A stretch of 64,000 nt of DNA from the NCBI RefSeq assembly GCF_044647545.1, contig NZ_CP172818.1. One strand, given 5' to 3'. A program made the translations under genes and the position numbers. Below the pieces are notes generated by a model that was not told the origin of the DNA, ran no database searches, and was given only the letters and a program-made list of their open reading frames with translations. Origin of the DNA: Escherichia coli. Lineage in GTDB: Bacteria > Pseudomonadota > Gammaproteobacteria > Enterobacterales > Enterobacteriaceae. Below, piece by piece: positions 1 through 10,963 of this stretch. Every line of letters begins with the position of its first letter. Positions within the stretch are counted from its first letter, which is position 1.

Positions 1-338
1 GCACTCACGAGCATACGGGAACAGAATGTTCGGGCAGTATGCACCCAGGCAATGTGCCATCTGGGTGCCTTCGATACCCGCGATGGAGAAAATACCGCCC
101 TGCTGAACTTCACACAGGAACGCGGTTTCTTCGCCCAGGGAGGCCGTTACGGTAACACGCAGTACCACTTCGTAAACGTCATCTGCCAGTTGAGAAGATG
201 CCGTATCCAGATCAAGTTTAACTTCTGGCTGCCAATCTTTCTGGAAAACGTGCGGCGCGTTCGGCGCTTCGAAAGAAATATCCTTGGTATAAATACGTTG
301 GATCTGGAAAGTCATTTCGGTGTTGTTTTGTTCTGACA
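1..338 (-). CDS. secB: Protein-export chaperone SecB, N-terminal part; 3' end lies beyond the window start
   Basis: Minus-strand frame begins [18 protein letters not shown] at 338 and runs off the window edge; synteny upstream of grxC. Confidence 0.9.
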
Positions 339-401
339 TGTGTAGAAAACCCTTAAGTGTTGTCCTTAAATACTGCGCAATGTAATGCCAACGTTCACAC
401 G

Positions 402-653
402 TTATTTCAGCAGGGGATCCAGTCCACCACGTGCATCCAATGCATACAAGTCATCACAGCCGCCAATGTGCTGTGCGTCAATAAAAATCTGGGGAACCGT
501 GGTGCGACCGCTGCGTTTGATCATCTCTTCACGCTTAGCGGCGTTGCCATCGATCGGCAACTCCTGAAAACTCACGCCCTTGCTGCTCAGCAGTGCTTTC
601 GCACGATGGCAATACGGGCAGGTTTCTTTGGTATAGATTTCAACATTGGCCAT
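402..653 (-). CDS. grxC: Glutaredoxin 3
   Basis: 83 aa ORF with CPYC active-site motif, full-length match to remembered Grx3; synteny secB-grxC-yibN. Confidence 0.95.
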
Positions 654-794
654 AACTTAGCTCCTGTTTTTTTACCCTGAAATTTCATGTTGCAGGGCGG
701 CTGCAAAATGGAGTGTCCCCAGAAGCTTATAACAATAAGTCGCTGGGGGCCTAATTGCAGCTAACGGCCTGCATCATGAAAGACGACAGGTAAA

Positions 795-1226
795 TTATTT
801 GCCGCGCACCAGAGGTAAGTTTTCGCCAGCCCAGCCAGCAACGCCCTCTTTCAGCACGAATACTTGCGCAAAACCAGCTTTCGTCAGCGCGTTTGCAGGC
901 TCCTGGCACTGCATGCCAGAACCGTCTACCACGATAACCGGTTTGTCTTTGTGCTTCTCAAGCTCACCAACATTGTTGGCTTTGATTTCGCTCGGCAACA
1001 GGTTGATAGAACCTGCGATATGGCCTTTACGGAAGTCATCACGCTGACGTAAATCCACAACCACAGCATCTTCTTTGTTGATCAGACGCGTAGCTTCACC
1101 ACGAGTAATCACCTTCACTTTCGAGGTCAGGCTCTTAAACGTAGTCACAATAACCGCCACCAGTAACGCGATCCAGGCGATACTCAGTATGGGATGACGG
1201 CCAACAAATTGCATAATTTCTTGCAT
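795..1226 (-). CDS. yibN: Rhodanese-domain inner membrane protein YibN
   Basis: ORF trimmed to internal ATG ([12 protein letters not shown]...) giving 143 aa; TM segment then rhodanese-like domain; synteny. Confidence 0.85.
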   Translation of the reverse strand: MQEIMQFVGRHPILSIAWIALLVAVIVTTFKSLTSKVKVITRGEATRLINKEDAVVVDLRQRDDFRKGHIAGSINLLPSEIKANNVGELEKHKDKPVIVVDGSGMQCQEPANALTKAGFAQVFVLKEGVAGWAGENLPLVRGK

Positions 1227-1470
1227 GGGGGGTAACAACTCCCGACGTAGTGATTAAAAAAACCAGGAAAGGAGTATACCTGCGCGTTGCGGCAAATACA
1301 GCCAGCGCGTTAACTGGAATGCAATTTTGCGGGGCGCTACGAAAAAAAAGCGTAAATCTGGCATCTGCTTGCCGCGAGCGGTCGTATATTTTGATCTTCA
1401 GAGGCTATTTTATCGATTCAGCTGTAGTAAAATTACGCAAATTTTGACTCTTGAGTATGAGGTTGTCGCA

Positions 1471-3015
1471 ATGTCGGTTTCTAAAAAACCTATGGTACTG
1501 GTGATTCTGGATGGCTATGGCTATCGCGAAGAACAGCAGGATAACGCCATTTTTAGTGCTAAAACCCCGGTAATGGATGCACTGTGGGCCAATCGTCCGC
1601 ATACCCTGATCGACGCTTCCGGTCTGGAAGTCGGTCTGCCTGACCGTCAGATGGGCAACTCCGAAGTAGGCCACGTTAACCTGGGTGCCGGCCGCATCGT
1701 GTATCAGGACCTGACTCGTCTGGACGTTGAAATCAAAGATCGCGCTTTCTTTGCTAATCCGGTGTTGACTGGTGCAGTAGATAAAGCGAAAAACGCAGGC
1801 AAAGCAGTACACATTATGGGTCTGCTCTCCGCAGGTGGTGTACACAGCCACGAAGATCACATCATGGCGATGGTAGAACTGGCAGCTGAACGCGGCGCAG
1901 AAAAAATCTACCTACACGCATTCCTTGACGGTCGCGACACTCCGCCGCGCAGTGCTGAATCCTCGCTGAAAAAATTCGAAGAGAAATTTGCCGCGCTGGG
2001 TAAAGGCCGCGTAGCGTCCATCATTGGTCGTTACTACGCGATGGACCGCGATAACCGTTGGGATCGCGTTGAAAAAGCTTATGACCTGCTGACTCTGGCG
2101 CAAGGTGAGTTCCAGGCCGATACCGCCGTTGCCGGTTTGCAGGCTGCTTATGCTCGCGACGAAAACGACGAGTTCGTGAAAGCGACCGTTATTCGTGCAG
2201 AAGGTCAGCCAGATGTGGCAATGGAAGACGGCGATGCACTGATTTTCATGAACTTCCGTGCTGACCGCGCGCGTGAAATCACTCGAGCATTCGTAAATGC
2301 CGATTTTGACGGCTTCGCGCGTAAGAAAGTGGTTAACGTCGATTTCGTGATGCTGACCGAATACGCTGCCGACATCAAAACCGCAGTGGCTTACCCACCC
2401 GCTTCCCTGGTTAACACCTTCGGCGAATGGATGGCGAAAAACGACAAAACTCAGCTGCGTATTTCCGAAACCGAAAAATATGCCCACGTCACTTTCTTCT
2501 TTAACGGTGGCGTAGAAGAGTCGTTCAAAGGCGAAGATCGCATTCTGATCAACTCACCGAAAGTGGCTACCTACGATCTGCAACCGGAAATGAGCTCCGC
2601 AGAGCTGACCGAAAAACTGGTTGCGGCAATCAAGAGCGGCAAATACGACACCATTATCTGTAACTATCCGAACGGCGACATGGTAGGTCACACCGGGGTG
2701 ATGGAAGCGGCGGTTAAAGCGGTTGAAGCGCTGGATCACTGCGTGGAAGAAGTCGCGAAAGCGGTTGAGTCCGTGGGTGGACAACTGCTGATCACCGCTG
2801 ACCACGGTAACGCTGAACAGATGCGCGATCCGGCAACGGGTCAGGCGCACACAGCACACACCAACCTGCCAGTTCCGCTGATTTACGTTGGTGATAAGAA
2901 CGTGAAAGCGGTTGAAGGCGGCAAACTTTCTGACATCGCGCCGACCATGTTGTCGCTGATGGGTATGGAAATCCCGCAAGAGATGACTGGTAAGCCGCTG
3001 TTCATCGTGGAATAA
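1471..3015 (+). CDS. gpmI: 2,3-bisphosphoglycerate-independent phosphoglycerate mutase
   Basis: ORF 1327..3015 trimmed to ATG at 1471 ([18 protein letters not shown]) giving 514 aa; conserved iPGM motifs. Confidence 0.95.
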   Translation: MSVSKKPMVLVILDGYGYREEQQDNAIFSAKTPVMDALWANRPHTLIDASGLEVGLPDRQMGNSEVGHVNLGAGRIVYQDLTRLDVEIKDRAFFANPVLTGAVDKAKNAGKAVHIMGLLSAGGVHSHEDHIMAMVELAAERGAEKIYLHAFLDGRDTPPRSAESSLKKFEEKFAALGKGRVASIIGRYYAMDRDNRWDRVEKAYDLLTLAQGEFQADTAVAGLQAAYARDENDEFVKATVIRAEGQPDVAMEDGDALIFMNFRADRAREITRAFVNADFDGFARKKVVNVDFVMLTEYAADIKTAVAYPPASLVNTFGEWMAKNDKTQLRISETEKYAHVTFFFNGGVEESFKGEDRILINSPKVATYDLQPEMSSAELTEKLVAAIKSGKYDTIICNYPNGDMVGHTGVMEAAVKAVEALDHCVEEVAKAVESVGGQLLITADHGNAEQMRDPATGQAHTAHTNLPVPLIYVGDKNVKAVEGGKLSDIAPTMLSLMGMEIPQEMTGKPLFIVE

Positions 3016-3048
3016 TCCCTCCCCATGAGGGGAAAGGCGATTAATACC

Positions 3049-4308
3049 ATGACACGGGCCGTGAAACCGCGCAGGTTTGCAATCAGGCCCATCATCTACG
3101 CCAGCGTTCTGAGCGCTGGCGTATTGTTGTGCGCCTTTTCCGCCCACGCGGATGAGCGTGACCAACTCAAATCCATTCAGGCTGACATCGCCGCGAAAGA
3201 GCGCGCGGTACGCCAAAAGCAACAACAACGCGCAAGCCTGCTCGCACAATTGAAAAAGCAGGAAGAGGCGATATCTGAAGCCACTCGCAAACTGCGCGAA
3301 ACGCAAAATACGCTCAATCAACTCAATAAACAGATTGATGAGATGAACGCGTCGATTGCCAAACTGGAGCAGCAAAAAGCCGCCCAGGAGCGCAGCCTCG
3401 CCGCGCAACTGGATGCCGCGTTTCGTCAGGGTGAACATACCGGTATTCAGCTGATTCTCAGCGGTGAAGAAAGCCAGCGTGGGCAGCGCTTACAGGCTTA
3501 TTTCGGCTATCTCAACCAGGCGCGACAAGAAACCATTGCTCAGTTGAAACAAACGCGTGAAGAAGTCGCTATGCAGCGTGCCGAACTGGAAGAGAAACAG
3601 AGCGAGCAACAAACGCTTTTATATGAGCAGCGCGCCCAACAGGCGAAGCTGACCCAGGCGTTGAGCGAGCGTAAAAAGACGCTGGCAGGGCTGGAGTCTT
3701 CCATCCAGCAAGGTCAGCAACAGTTGAGCGAGCTGCGCGCCAACGAATCCCGCCTGCGTAACAGCATTGCCCGTGCGGAAGCTGCGGCGAAAGCGCGTGC
3801 TGAACGAGAAGCGCGTGAGGCCCAGGCGGTTCGCGACCGCCAGAAAGAAGCGACGCGCAAAGGCACCACCTACAAGCCGACCGAAAGCGAAAAATCGCTG
3901 ATGTCCCGAACTGGTGGCCTGGGTGCGCCGCGTGGTCAGGCATTCTGGCCGGTTCGCGGGCCGACGCTGCATCGCTATGGTGAACAGCTACAGGGCGAAC
4001 TACGCTGGAAAGGAATGGTTATCGGTGCCTCTGAAGGTACTGAAGTTAAAGCGATTGCCGACGGCCGGGTGATTCTGGCTGACTGGCTGCAAGGCTACGG
4101 TCTGGTGGTGGTGGTTGAGCACGGTAAAGGCGACATGAGTCTTTACGGCTATAATCAGAGCGCACTGGTGAGCGTTGGTTCGCAGGTTCGCGCGGGCCAG
4201 CCAATTGCACTGGTGGGCAGCAGTGGCGGTCAGGGTCGGCCTTCACTCTATTTCGAAATTCGCCGCCAGGGTCAGGCGGTCAATCCACAGCCGTGGTTGG
4301 GAAGATAA
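3049..4308 (+). CDS. envC: Murein hydrolase activator EnvC (coiled-coil plus LytM/peptidase M23 domain)
   Basis: Trimmed to MTRAVKPRRF start giving 419 aa; signal peptide, long Q/A/E-rich coiled coil, C-terminal LytM-like domain. Confidence 0.92.
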   Translation: MTRAVKPRRFAIRPIIYASVLSAGVLLCAFSAHADERDQLKSIQADIAAKERAVRQKQQQRASLLAQLKKQEEAISEATRKLRETQNTLNQLNKQIDEMNASIAKLEQQKAAQERSLAAQLDAAFRQGEHTGIQLILSGEESQRGQRLQAYFGYLNQARQETIAQLKQTREEVAMQRAELEEKQSEQQTLLYEQRAQQAKLTQALSERKKTLAGLESSIQQGQQQLSELRANESRLRNSIARAEAAAKARAEREAREAQAVRDRQKEATRKGTTYKPTESEKSLMSRTGGLGAPRGQAFWPVRGPTLHRYGEQLQGELRWKGMVIGASEGTEVKAIADGRVILADWLQGYGLVVVVEHGKGDMSLYGYNQSALVSVGSQVRAGQPIALVGSSGGQGRPSLYFEIRRQGQAVNPQPWLGR

Positions 4309-4311
4309 GTT

Positions 4312-5271
4312 TTGTTTCCATTTCGTCGTAACGTTCTTGCATTTGCCGCTCTGTTGGCGCTCTCCTCCCCCGTAATTGCTGGCAAACTTGCCATCGTCAT
4401 TGATGATTTTGGGTATCGCCCGCACAACGAAAACCAGGTGCTGGCGATGCCTTCCGCTATCTCCGTCGCTGTATTACCCGATTCACCGCACGCCAGAGAG
4501 ATGGCGACCAAAGCGCATAACAGCGGTCACGAAGTGTTGATTCATCTCCCGATGGCACCGTTGAGTAAACAGCCGCTGGAGAAAAATACGCTGCGCCCGG
4601 AGATGAGCAGCGACGAAATTGAGCGCATTATTCGTAGTGCGGTCAATAACGTGCCCTATGCCGTGGGGATCAATAACCACATGGGCAGCAAGATGACCTC
4701 TAACCTGTTTGGTATGCAGAAAGTGATGCAGGCGCTGGAGCGTTACAATCTTTACTTCCTCGACAGCGTAACCATCGGTAATACCCAGGCGATGCGCGCC
4801 GCGCAAGGCACTGGCGTGAAGGTGATCAAACGGAAGGTGTTCCTCGACGATTCGCAGAACGAAGCGGACATCCGTGTACAGTTTAATCGCGCAATTGACC
4901 TGGCGCGTCGCAACGGATCAACCATTGCCATTGGGCATCCTCACCCTTCAACGGTACGCGTGCTACAACAGATGGTTTATAACCTGCCGCCAGACATTAC
5001 GCTGGTGAAAGCCAGCAGCTTGCTGAATGAACCGCAGGTTGATACGTCTACACCGCCGAAAAACACTGTGCCCGACGCACCGCGTAATCCGTTCCGTGGC
5101 GTGAAGCTCTGCAAACCGAAGAAACCGCTGGAACCTGTTTATGCTAATCGCTTCTTTGAAGTATTAAGCGAAAGCATCAGCCAGAGCACGCTGATCGTTT
5201 ACTTCCAGCATCAGTGGCAAGGCTGGGGCAAACAGCCTGAAGCGGCGAAGCTTAACGCTAGCGCAAATTAA
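4312..5271 (+). CDS. yibQ: Divergent polysaccharide deacetylase family protein YibQ
   Basis: 319 aa ORF with signal peptide; synteny after envC. Confidence 0.85.
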   Translation: MFPFRRNVLAFAALLALSSPVIAGKLAIVIDDFGYRPHNENQVLAMPSAISVAVLPDSPHAREMATKAHNSGHEVLIHLPMAPLSKQPLEKNTLRPEMSSDEIERIIRSAVNNVPYAVGINNHMGSKMTSNLFGMQKVMQALERYNLYFLDSVTIGNTQAMRAAQGTGVKVIKRKVFLDDSQNEADIRVQFNRAIDLARRNGSTIAIGHPHPSTVRVLQQMVYNLPPDITLVKASSLLNEPQVDTSTPPKNTVPDAPRNPFRGVKLCKPKKPLEPVYANRFFEVLSESISQSTLIVYFQHQWQGWGKQPEAAKLNASAN

Positions 5272-6292
5272 AGGCGCTACGCGTAATGCGATGGTGCGAC
5301 CGCGTTTTGTCGCGCCATTGCCATAAGCGGAAAGACCACAGTAACGCCTGATAACCCACCTTCACGCTGCGCACATTGGTAATCAGGCGCTTATACATAC
5401 CGGAAGTAAATATCTCGGCAATCATCCGTTGGCGGGTAATAATATCCGGCTCTTTGCGCACCGCATGGCAAACACGCAATGCTTCGTAGGTTATTTGCTG
5501 ATGAAATTCCGGATAAATCGTAATTTTGTCAGCATAATTTCGATTTAATTTCTCCAGCAGGCGGGTAATCTTAATATAGTGACGTTGATAATTAAGGTTT
5601 TTGTTCCCTTGTCTGTTCAACCGACTCACTGACGTATTATGCAGATAATATTTATATAATGATTGCTCGGTATATCGCGCACGCAGCGCGTTAAACATAA
5701 ATTCTGTTGTCCAGACAATATCCTGATGATGTAATCCGGCAATAAATTTAATGTTATTTTTAACAATAACATCGCGGCGATAAACCCCCATCCAGACCAC
5801 GTGTGTCCAACGGCGGGAAGAAAGTCCCATCCGCAGCCAGTCCGGACCAGTTAATACACCGGTTGAGCGAAGGCGATCGGTAGGGATGGATTGCCAGGTT
5901 TCACCCGTTTCACGAAAACACCAATCAGCGTTGCACTGCGCCACGTCGAGGTCGTCCTCTAACGCCATGGTCATCAGCGTTTCGTACATGGTGGGATAGA
6001 CCTCATCGTCAGCATCGACAAAAGCGACATATTTTCCCGTTGCCACCTCGATCCCACGATTACGCGCCACCGATGCGCCAGCATTCGCCTGATGCAACAA
6101 ACGAACGTGCGGATAGTTTTCTGCGTAATGCTTTGCTATTTCAACAGAATTATCCGTTGAACCATCGTTAATAATAATGATTTCCAGAGCAGTCCATGTT
6201 TGCGCAATTAAAGATTCCATACAAGTGCGGAAATCATTGCCCGCATTATATAACGGAATAATAACACTAAGTTTATTGGTGCTGTTCATCAT
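5258..6292 (-). CDS. waaH: Family 2 glycosyltransferase WaaH (YibD)
   Basis: 344 aa ORF; N-terminal GT-A motifs (SVIIPLYNAG, DGSTD, DADD); synteny. Confidence 0.85.
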   Translation of the reverse strand: MMNSTNKLSVIIPLYNAGNDFRTCMESLIAQTWTALEIIIINDGSTDNSVEIAKHYAENYPHVRLLHQANAGASVARNRGIEVATGKYVAFVDADDEVYPTMYETLMTMALEDDLDVAQCNADWCFRETGETWQSIPTDRLRSTGVLTGPDWLRMGLSSRRWTHVVWMGVYRRDVIVKNNIKFIAGLHHQDIVWTTEFMFNALRARYTEQSLYKYYLHNTSVSRLNRQGNKNLNYQRHYIKITRLLEKLNRNYADKITIYPEFHQQITYEALRVCHAVRKEPDIITRQRMIAEIFTSGMYKRLITNVRSVKVGYQALLWSFRLWQWRDKTRSHHRITRSAFNLR

Positions 6293-6496
6293 AAATTACC
6301 GACGACCTCTGAAGTTATCCTGACGTTTTACAGGCTTTGTATTAAGAAACTATTAAGCCTGTGAGATATTATTTTTACCGGTGAGAGAGTCACGTCAGGG
6401 TAGAGAGATAATGAGAGCAGCTATATAAGAGATCAGCGCAATTACGATATCTTGATTACACTGACAGGATTTTACATATTTAACGGATTATCCTCA

Positions 6497-6521
6497 GGAA
6501 AAAGGGCTGGAATACCAGCCC
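6497..6521 (-). terminator. Putative rho-independent terminator downstream of tdh (end of kbl-tdh operon)
   Basis: GC stem gggctgg/ccagccc (6504..6521) followed on the minus strand by a T-run, 10 bp after the tdh stop. Confidence 0.5.
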
Positions 6522-6530
6522 TTGTTTGTG

Positions 6531-7556
6531 TTAATCCCAGCTCAGGATAACTTTCCCGGACTGGCCCGAACGCATGGCGTCAAAGCCCTTCTGGAAATCA
6601 TCGATAGAGAAACGATGAGTAATGATCGGCGAAAGATCGAGGCCAGACTGAATCAGCGCCGCCATCTTGTACCAGGTTTCAAACATCTCACGACCGTAAA
6701 TACCTTTAATGAACAAGCCTTTAAAGATCACTTTGGTCCAGTCGATAGACATATCAGACGGTGGAATACCCAGCATCGCAATACGACCGCCGTGGTTCAT
6801 GGTGTCGAGCATGGTACGAAACGCTGGCGGCGCACCGGACATTTCCAGACCGACATCAAAGCCTTCGGTCATGCCCAGTTCTGTCATCACATCATTAAGG
6901 TTTTCTTTCGCGACGTTAACCGCACGGGTGATACCCATTTTACGCGCCAGCTCAAGGCGGTATTCGTTAACATCAGTAATCACCACGTTACGTGCACCAA
7001 CGTGTTTCGCCACCGCCGCAGCCATAATACCTATCGGACCTGCACCAGAAACCAGTACATCTTCGCCCACCAGATCGAACGACAGCGCAGTATGCACGGC
7101 GTTACCGAACGGATCAAAAATGGAAGCCAAATCGTCGGAGATATTGTCAGGGATTTTGAAGGCGTTGAACGCCGGAATCACCAGATATTCGGCGAAGCAG
7201 CCCGGACGGTTAACACCGACACCAGTGGTGTTGCGGCACAGATGGGTACGACCGCCACGACAGTTGCGACAGTGACCGCAAGTGATATGGCCTTCACCAG
7301 ATACGCGATCGCCAATCTTGAAGCCTTTCACTTCCTGACCAATACCTACCACTTCACCGACATATTCATGGCCCACGACCATCGGCACCGGGATGGTTTT
7401 TTGCGACCACTCATCCCAGTTATAGATGTGAACGTCAGTCCCGCAGATGGCTGTTTTACGGATTTTAATCAGCAGATCGTTATGCCCGAGTTCCGGTACA
7501 GGAACGTCGGTCATCCAGATGCCCTCTTCCGCTTTCAGTTTGGATAACGCTTTCAT
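6531..7556 (-). CDS. tdh: L-threonine 3-dehydrogenase
   Basis: 341 aa ORF, zinc-dependent MDR-family motifs ([15 protein letters not shown]); kbl-tdh operon arrangement. Confidence 0.95.
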   Translation of the reverse strand: MKALSKLKAEEGIWMTDVPVPELGHNDLLIKIRKTAICGTDVHIYNWDEWSQKTIPVPMVVGHEYVGEVVGIGQEVKGFKIGDRVSGEGHITCGHCRNCRGGRTHLCRNTTGVGVNRPGCFAEYLVIPAFNAFKIPDNISDDLASIFDPFGNAVHTALSFDLVGEDVLVSGAGPIGIMAAAVAKHVGARNVVITDVNEYRLELARKMGITRAVNVAKENLNDVMTELGMTEGFDVGLEMSGAPPAFRTMLDTMNHGGRIAMLGIPPSDMSIDWTKVIFKGLFIKGIYGREMFETWYKMAALIQSGLDLSPIITHRFSIDDFQKGFDAMRSGQSGKVILSWD

Positions 7557-7565
7557 CTCACATCC

Positions 7566-8762
7566 TCAGGCGATAACGCCCAGTTGTTTACCAATACGCG
7601 TGAATGCTTCTACTGCACGCGTAATTTGCTCAGGGGTATGCGCCGCAGACATCTGGGTACGAATACGCGCCTGACCTTTCGGAACGACCGGATAGAAGAA
7701 ACCGGTGACGTAAATCCCCTCTTTTTGCAGCTCACGAGCAAATTTCTGCGCTACTACCGCATCGCCAAGCATGACCGGAATAATGGCGTGATCGGCTCCC
7801 GCCAGGGTAAAGCCCGCCGCCGACATTTGCTCACGGAACTGACGCGCGTTCGCCCACAGACGGTCACGCAGCTCGCTACCCGCTTCAACCATCTCCAGCA
7901 CTTTGATGGAAGCGGCAACAATGGCCGGTGCCAGCGAGTTGGAGAACAGGTACGGACGAGAACGCTGGCGCAGCCACTCAACCACTTCTTTGCGCGCCGC
8001 GGTATAACCACCAGAAGCCCCGCCCAATGCTTTACCCAACGTACCGGTAATGATGTCTACACGCCCCATCACATCGCAGTATTCATGGGAACCACGACCG
8101 TTTTCACCGACAAAACCGACCGCGTGGGAGTCGTCTACCATCACCAGGGCATCGTATTTATCTGCCAGATCGCAAACGCCCTTCAGATTGGCAATCACGC
8201 CGTCCATCGAGAACACACCATCGGTGGCAATCAGCACATGACGCGCACCGGCTTCACGCGCTTCTTTCAGACGAGCTTCCAGCTCCTGCATATCGTTGTT
8301 GGCATAGCGATAGCGTTTAGCTTTACACAGACGCACACCATCAATAATAGACGCGTGGTTCAGTGCGTCGGAGATAATGGCGTCTTCCGCGCCCAACAGC
8401 GTTTCAAACAGGCCACCGTTAGCATCAAAGCAGGAAGAGTAGAGAATCGCATCTTCCATCCCCAGGAAGGCCGCCAGTTTTTGTTCAAGCTCTTTATGAC
8501 TGTCCTGAGTGCCGCAAATAAAACGCACCGAAGCCATGCCGAAACCGTGAGAATCCATTCCCGCCTTTGCCGCCGCAATCAGATCCGGATGATTCGCCAG
8601 TCCGAGATAGTTATTGGCACAAAAGTTAATGACGTGGCTTCCATCAGCCACAGTGATATCTGCTTGCTGCGCAGACGTAATAATGCGCTCTTCTTTAAAC
8701 AACCCTTCCGCCCGTGCGGTTTCCAGATCGTTGGTTAACTGCTGATAACATTCTCCACGCAT
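7566..8762 (-). CDS. kbl: 2-amino-3-ketobutyrate CoA ligase (glycine C-acetyltransferase)
   Basis: 398 aa ORF, PLP-dependent aminotransferase class II; immediately upstream of tdh. Confidence 0.95.
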   Translation of the reverse strand: MRGECYQQLTNDLETARAEGLFKEERIITSAQQADITVADGSHVINFCANNYLGLANHPDLIAAAKAGMDSHGFGMASVRFICGTQDSHKELEQKLAAFLGMEDAILYSSCFDANGGLFETLLGAEDAIISDALNHASIIDGVRLCKAKRYRYANNDMQELEARLKEAREAGARHVLIATDGVFSMDGVIANLKGVCDLADKYDALVMVDDSHAVGFVGENGRGSHEYCDVMGRVDIITGTLGKALGGASGGYTAARKEVVEWLRQRSRPYLFSNSLAPAIVAASIKVLEMVEAGSELRDRLWANARQFREQMSAAGFTLAGADHAIIPVMLGDAVVAQKFARELQKEGIYVTGFFYPVVPKGQARIRTQMSAAHTPEQITRAVEAFTRIGKQLGVIA

Positions 8763-8971
8763 TGCGATTCTCCAGACAGGGCAAATTCCAGCACATATTA
8801 CCCAAACTTATAGGTCGCGACGAGATGACGCGTTAACACTTCTGCAAAATTCAGGATAAATCCAGCCCCCTCACTTTTGGTGAATGGCTGAAGCCAACGT
8901 CATGTAGTGATATGATAAGAAGTATTCGTGTCTGAGATTGTCTCTGACTCCATAATTCGAAGGTTACAGCT

Positions 8972-9904
8972 ATGATCATCGTTACCGGCGGCGCGGGCTT
9001 TATCGGCAGCAACATCGTTAAAGCCCTGAATGATAAAGGCATCACCGATATTCTGGTGGTGGACAACCTGAAAGACGGCACCAAGTTTGTCAACCTGGTG
9101 GATCTGGATATCGCGGACTATATGGATAAGGAAGACTTCCTGATCCAGATTATGGCTGGCGAAGAGTTCGGCGATGTCGAAGCGATTTTCCACGAAGGCG
9201 CGTGCTCTTCCACCACCGAGTGGGACGGCAAGTATATGATGGATAACAACTATCAATACTCCAAAGAGCTGCTGCACTACTGTCTGGAGCGCGAAATCCC
9301 GTTCCTGTATGCCTCTTCCGCAGCCACTTACGGTGGACGCACCTCCGACTTTATTGAATCCCGCGAATATGAAAAACCGTTGAATGTCTACGGTTACTCA
9401 AAATTCCTGTTTGATGAATATGTTCGCCAAATCCTGCCTGAAGCGAACTCGCAGATTGTTGGCTTCCGTTATTTCAACGTTTATGGACCGCGTGAAGGCC
9501 ATAAAGGCAGCATGGCGAGCGTCGCTTTCCATCTCAACACCCAGCTTAATAACGGTGAATCACCGAAGCTGTTCGAAGGTAGCGAGAACTTTAAACGCGA
9601 CTTCGTCTATGTGGGCGACGTGGCAGATGTAAACCTGTGGTTCCTGGAAAATGGCGTTTCCGGCATCTTCAACCTCGGTACTGGTCGTGCGGAATCCTTC
9701 CAGGCTGTAGCAGATGCTACGCTTGCTTATCACAAGAAAGGCCAGATCGAATACATTCCGTTCCCGGATAAACTGAAAGGCCGCTATCAGGCGTTCACGC
9801 AGGCAGACCTGACGAATCTGCGCGCGGCGGGTTATGACAAACCGTTCAAAACCGTTGCCGAAGGCGTAACGGAATACATGGCCTGGCTGAATCGCGACGC
9901 ATAA
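8972..9904 (+). CDS. hldD: ADP-L-glycero-D-manno-heptose 6-epimerase
   Basis: 310 aa ORF starting [16 protein letters not shown] (Rossmann NAD(P) motif); first gene of hldD-waaFCL operon. Confidence 0.95.
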
Positions 9905-9913
9905 GAGCTCTGC

Positions 9914-10960
9914 ATGAAAATACTGGTGATCGGCCCGTCTTGGGTTGGCGACATGATGATGTCGCAAAGTCTCTATCGCACGCTCCAGGCGCGCTATCCC
10001 CAGGCGATAATCGACGTGATGGCACCGGCATGGTGCCGTCCATTATTATCGCGGATGCCGGAAGTTAACGAAGCTATTCCTATGCCTCTCGGTCACGGAG
10101 CGCTGGAAATCGGCGAACGCCGCAAACTGGGTCATAGTCTGCGTGAAAAGCGCTACGACCGCGCCTACGTCTTACCCAACTCCTTCAAGTCCGCATTAGT
10201 GCCTTTCTTCGCGGGTATTCCTCATCGCACCGGCTGGCGCGGCGAGATGCGCTACGGTTTACTTAACGATGTACGCGTGCTCAATAAAGAAGCCTGGCCG
10301 CTAATGGTGGAACGCTATGTCGCGCTGGCCTATGACAAAGGCATTATGCGTACAGCACAAGATCTGCCGCAGCCATTGTTATGGCCGCAGTTGCAGGTGA
10401 GCGAAGGTGAAAAATCATATACCTGTAATCAATTTTCGCTTTCATCAGAACGTCCGATGATTGGCTTTTGCCCGGGTGCGGAGTTTGGTCCGGCAAAACG
10501 CTGGCCACACTACCACTATGCGGAGCTGGCAAAGCAGCTGATTGATGAAGGTTATCAGGTGGTTCTGTTTGGCTCGGCGAAAGATCATGAAGCGGGCAAT
10601 GAGATTCTTGCCGCTTTGAATACTGAGCAGCAGGCATGGTGTCGTAACCTGGCGGGGGAAACACAGCTTGATCAAGCGGTTATCCTGATTGCAGCCTGTA
10701 AAGCCATTGTCACTAACGATTCTGGCCTGATGCACGTTGCGGCGGCGCTCAATCGTCCGCTGGTTGCCCTGTATGGTCCGAGTAGCCCAGACTTCACACC
10801 GCCGCTATCCCATAAAGCGCGCGTGATCCGCCTGATTACCGGCTATCACAAAGTGCGTAAAGGTGACGCTGCGGAGGGTTATCACCAGAGCTTGATCGAC
10901 ATTACTCCCCAGCGCGTACTGGAAGAACTCAACGCGCTATTGTTACAAGAGGAAGCCTGA
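9914..10960 (+). CDS. waaF: LPS heptosyltransferase II
   Basis: 348 aa ORF, GT9 heptosyltransferase; synteny. Confidence 0.93.
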   Translation: MKILVIGPSWVGDMMMSQSLYRTLQARYPQAIIDVMAPAWCRPLLSRMPEVNEAIPMPLGHGALEIGERRKLGHSLREKRYDRAYVLPNSFKSALVPFFAGIPHRTGWRGEMRYGLLNDVRVLNKEAWPLMVERYVALAYDKGIMRTAQDLPQPLLWPQLQVSEGEKSYTCNQFSLSSERPMIGFCPGAEFGPAKRWPHYHYAELAKQLIDEGYQVVLFGSAKDHEAGNEILAALNTEQQAWCRNLAGETQLDQAVILIAACKAIVTNDSGLMHVAAALNRPLVALYGPSSPDFTPPLSHKARVIRLITGYHKVRKGDAAEGYHQSLIDITPQRVLEELNALLLQEEA

Positions 10961-10963
10961 CGG

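Noticed and set aside
2554-3438. 294 aa minus-strand ORF spanning the gpmI 3' end and envC 5' end
   Set aside because: Antisense to two well-supported genes and crosses their intergenic spacer; no conserved features.
6522-7547. 341 aa plus-strand ORF mirroring tdh
   Set aside because: Antisense to tdh; His/Arg-rich composition, no domain-like features.
7584-8738. 384 aa plus-strand ORF
   Set aside because: Antisense to kbl, whose minus-strand product is a full-length, highly conserved PLP enzyme. Long antisense frames are expected in GC-balanced coding DNA.
8763-8971. Engineered deletion scar (FRT/loxP-like) at the position where htrL would be
   Set aside because: No 34-bp FRT or loxP-like sequence or other recognizable scar; the spacer looks like ordinary promoter DNA.
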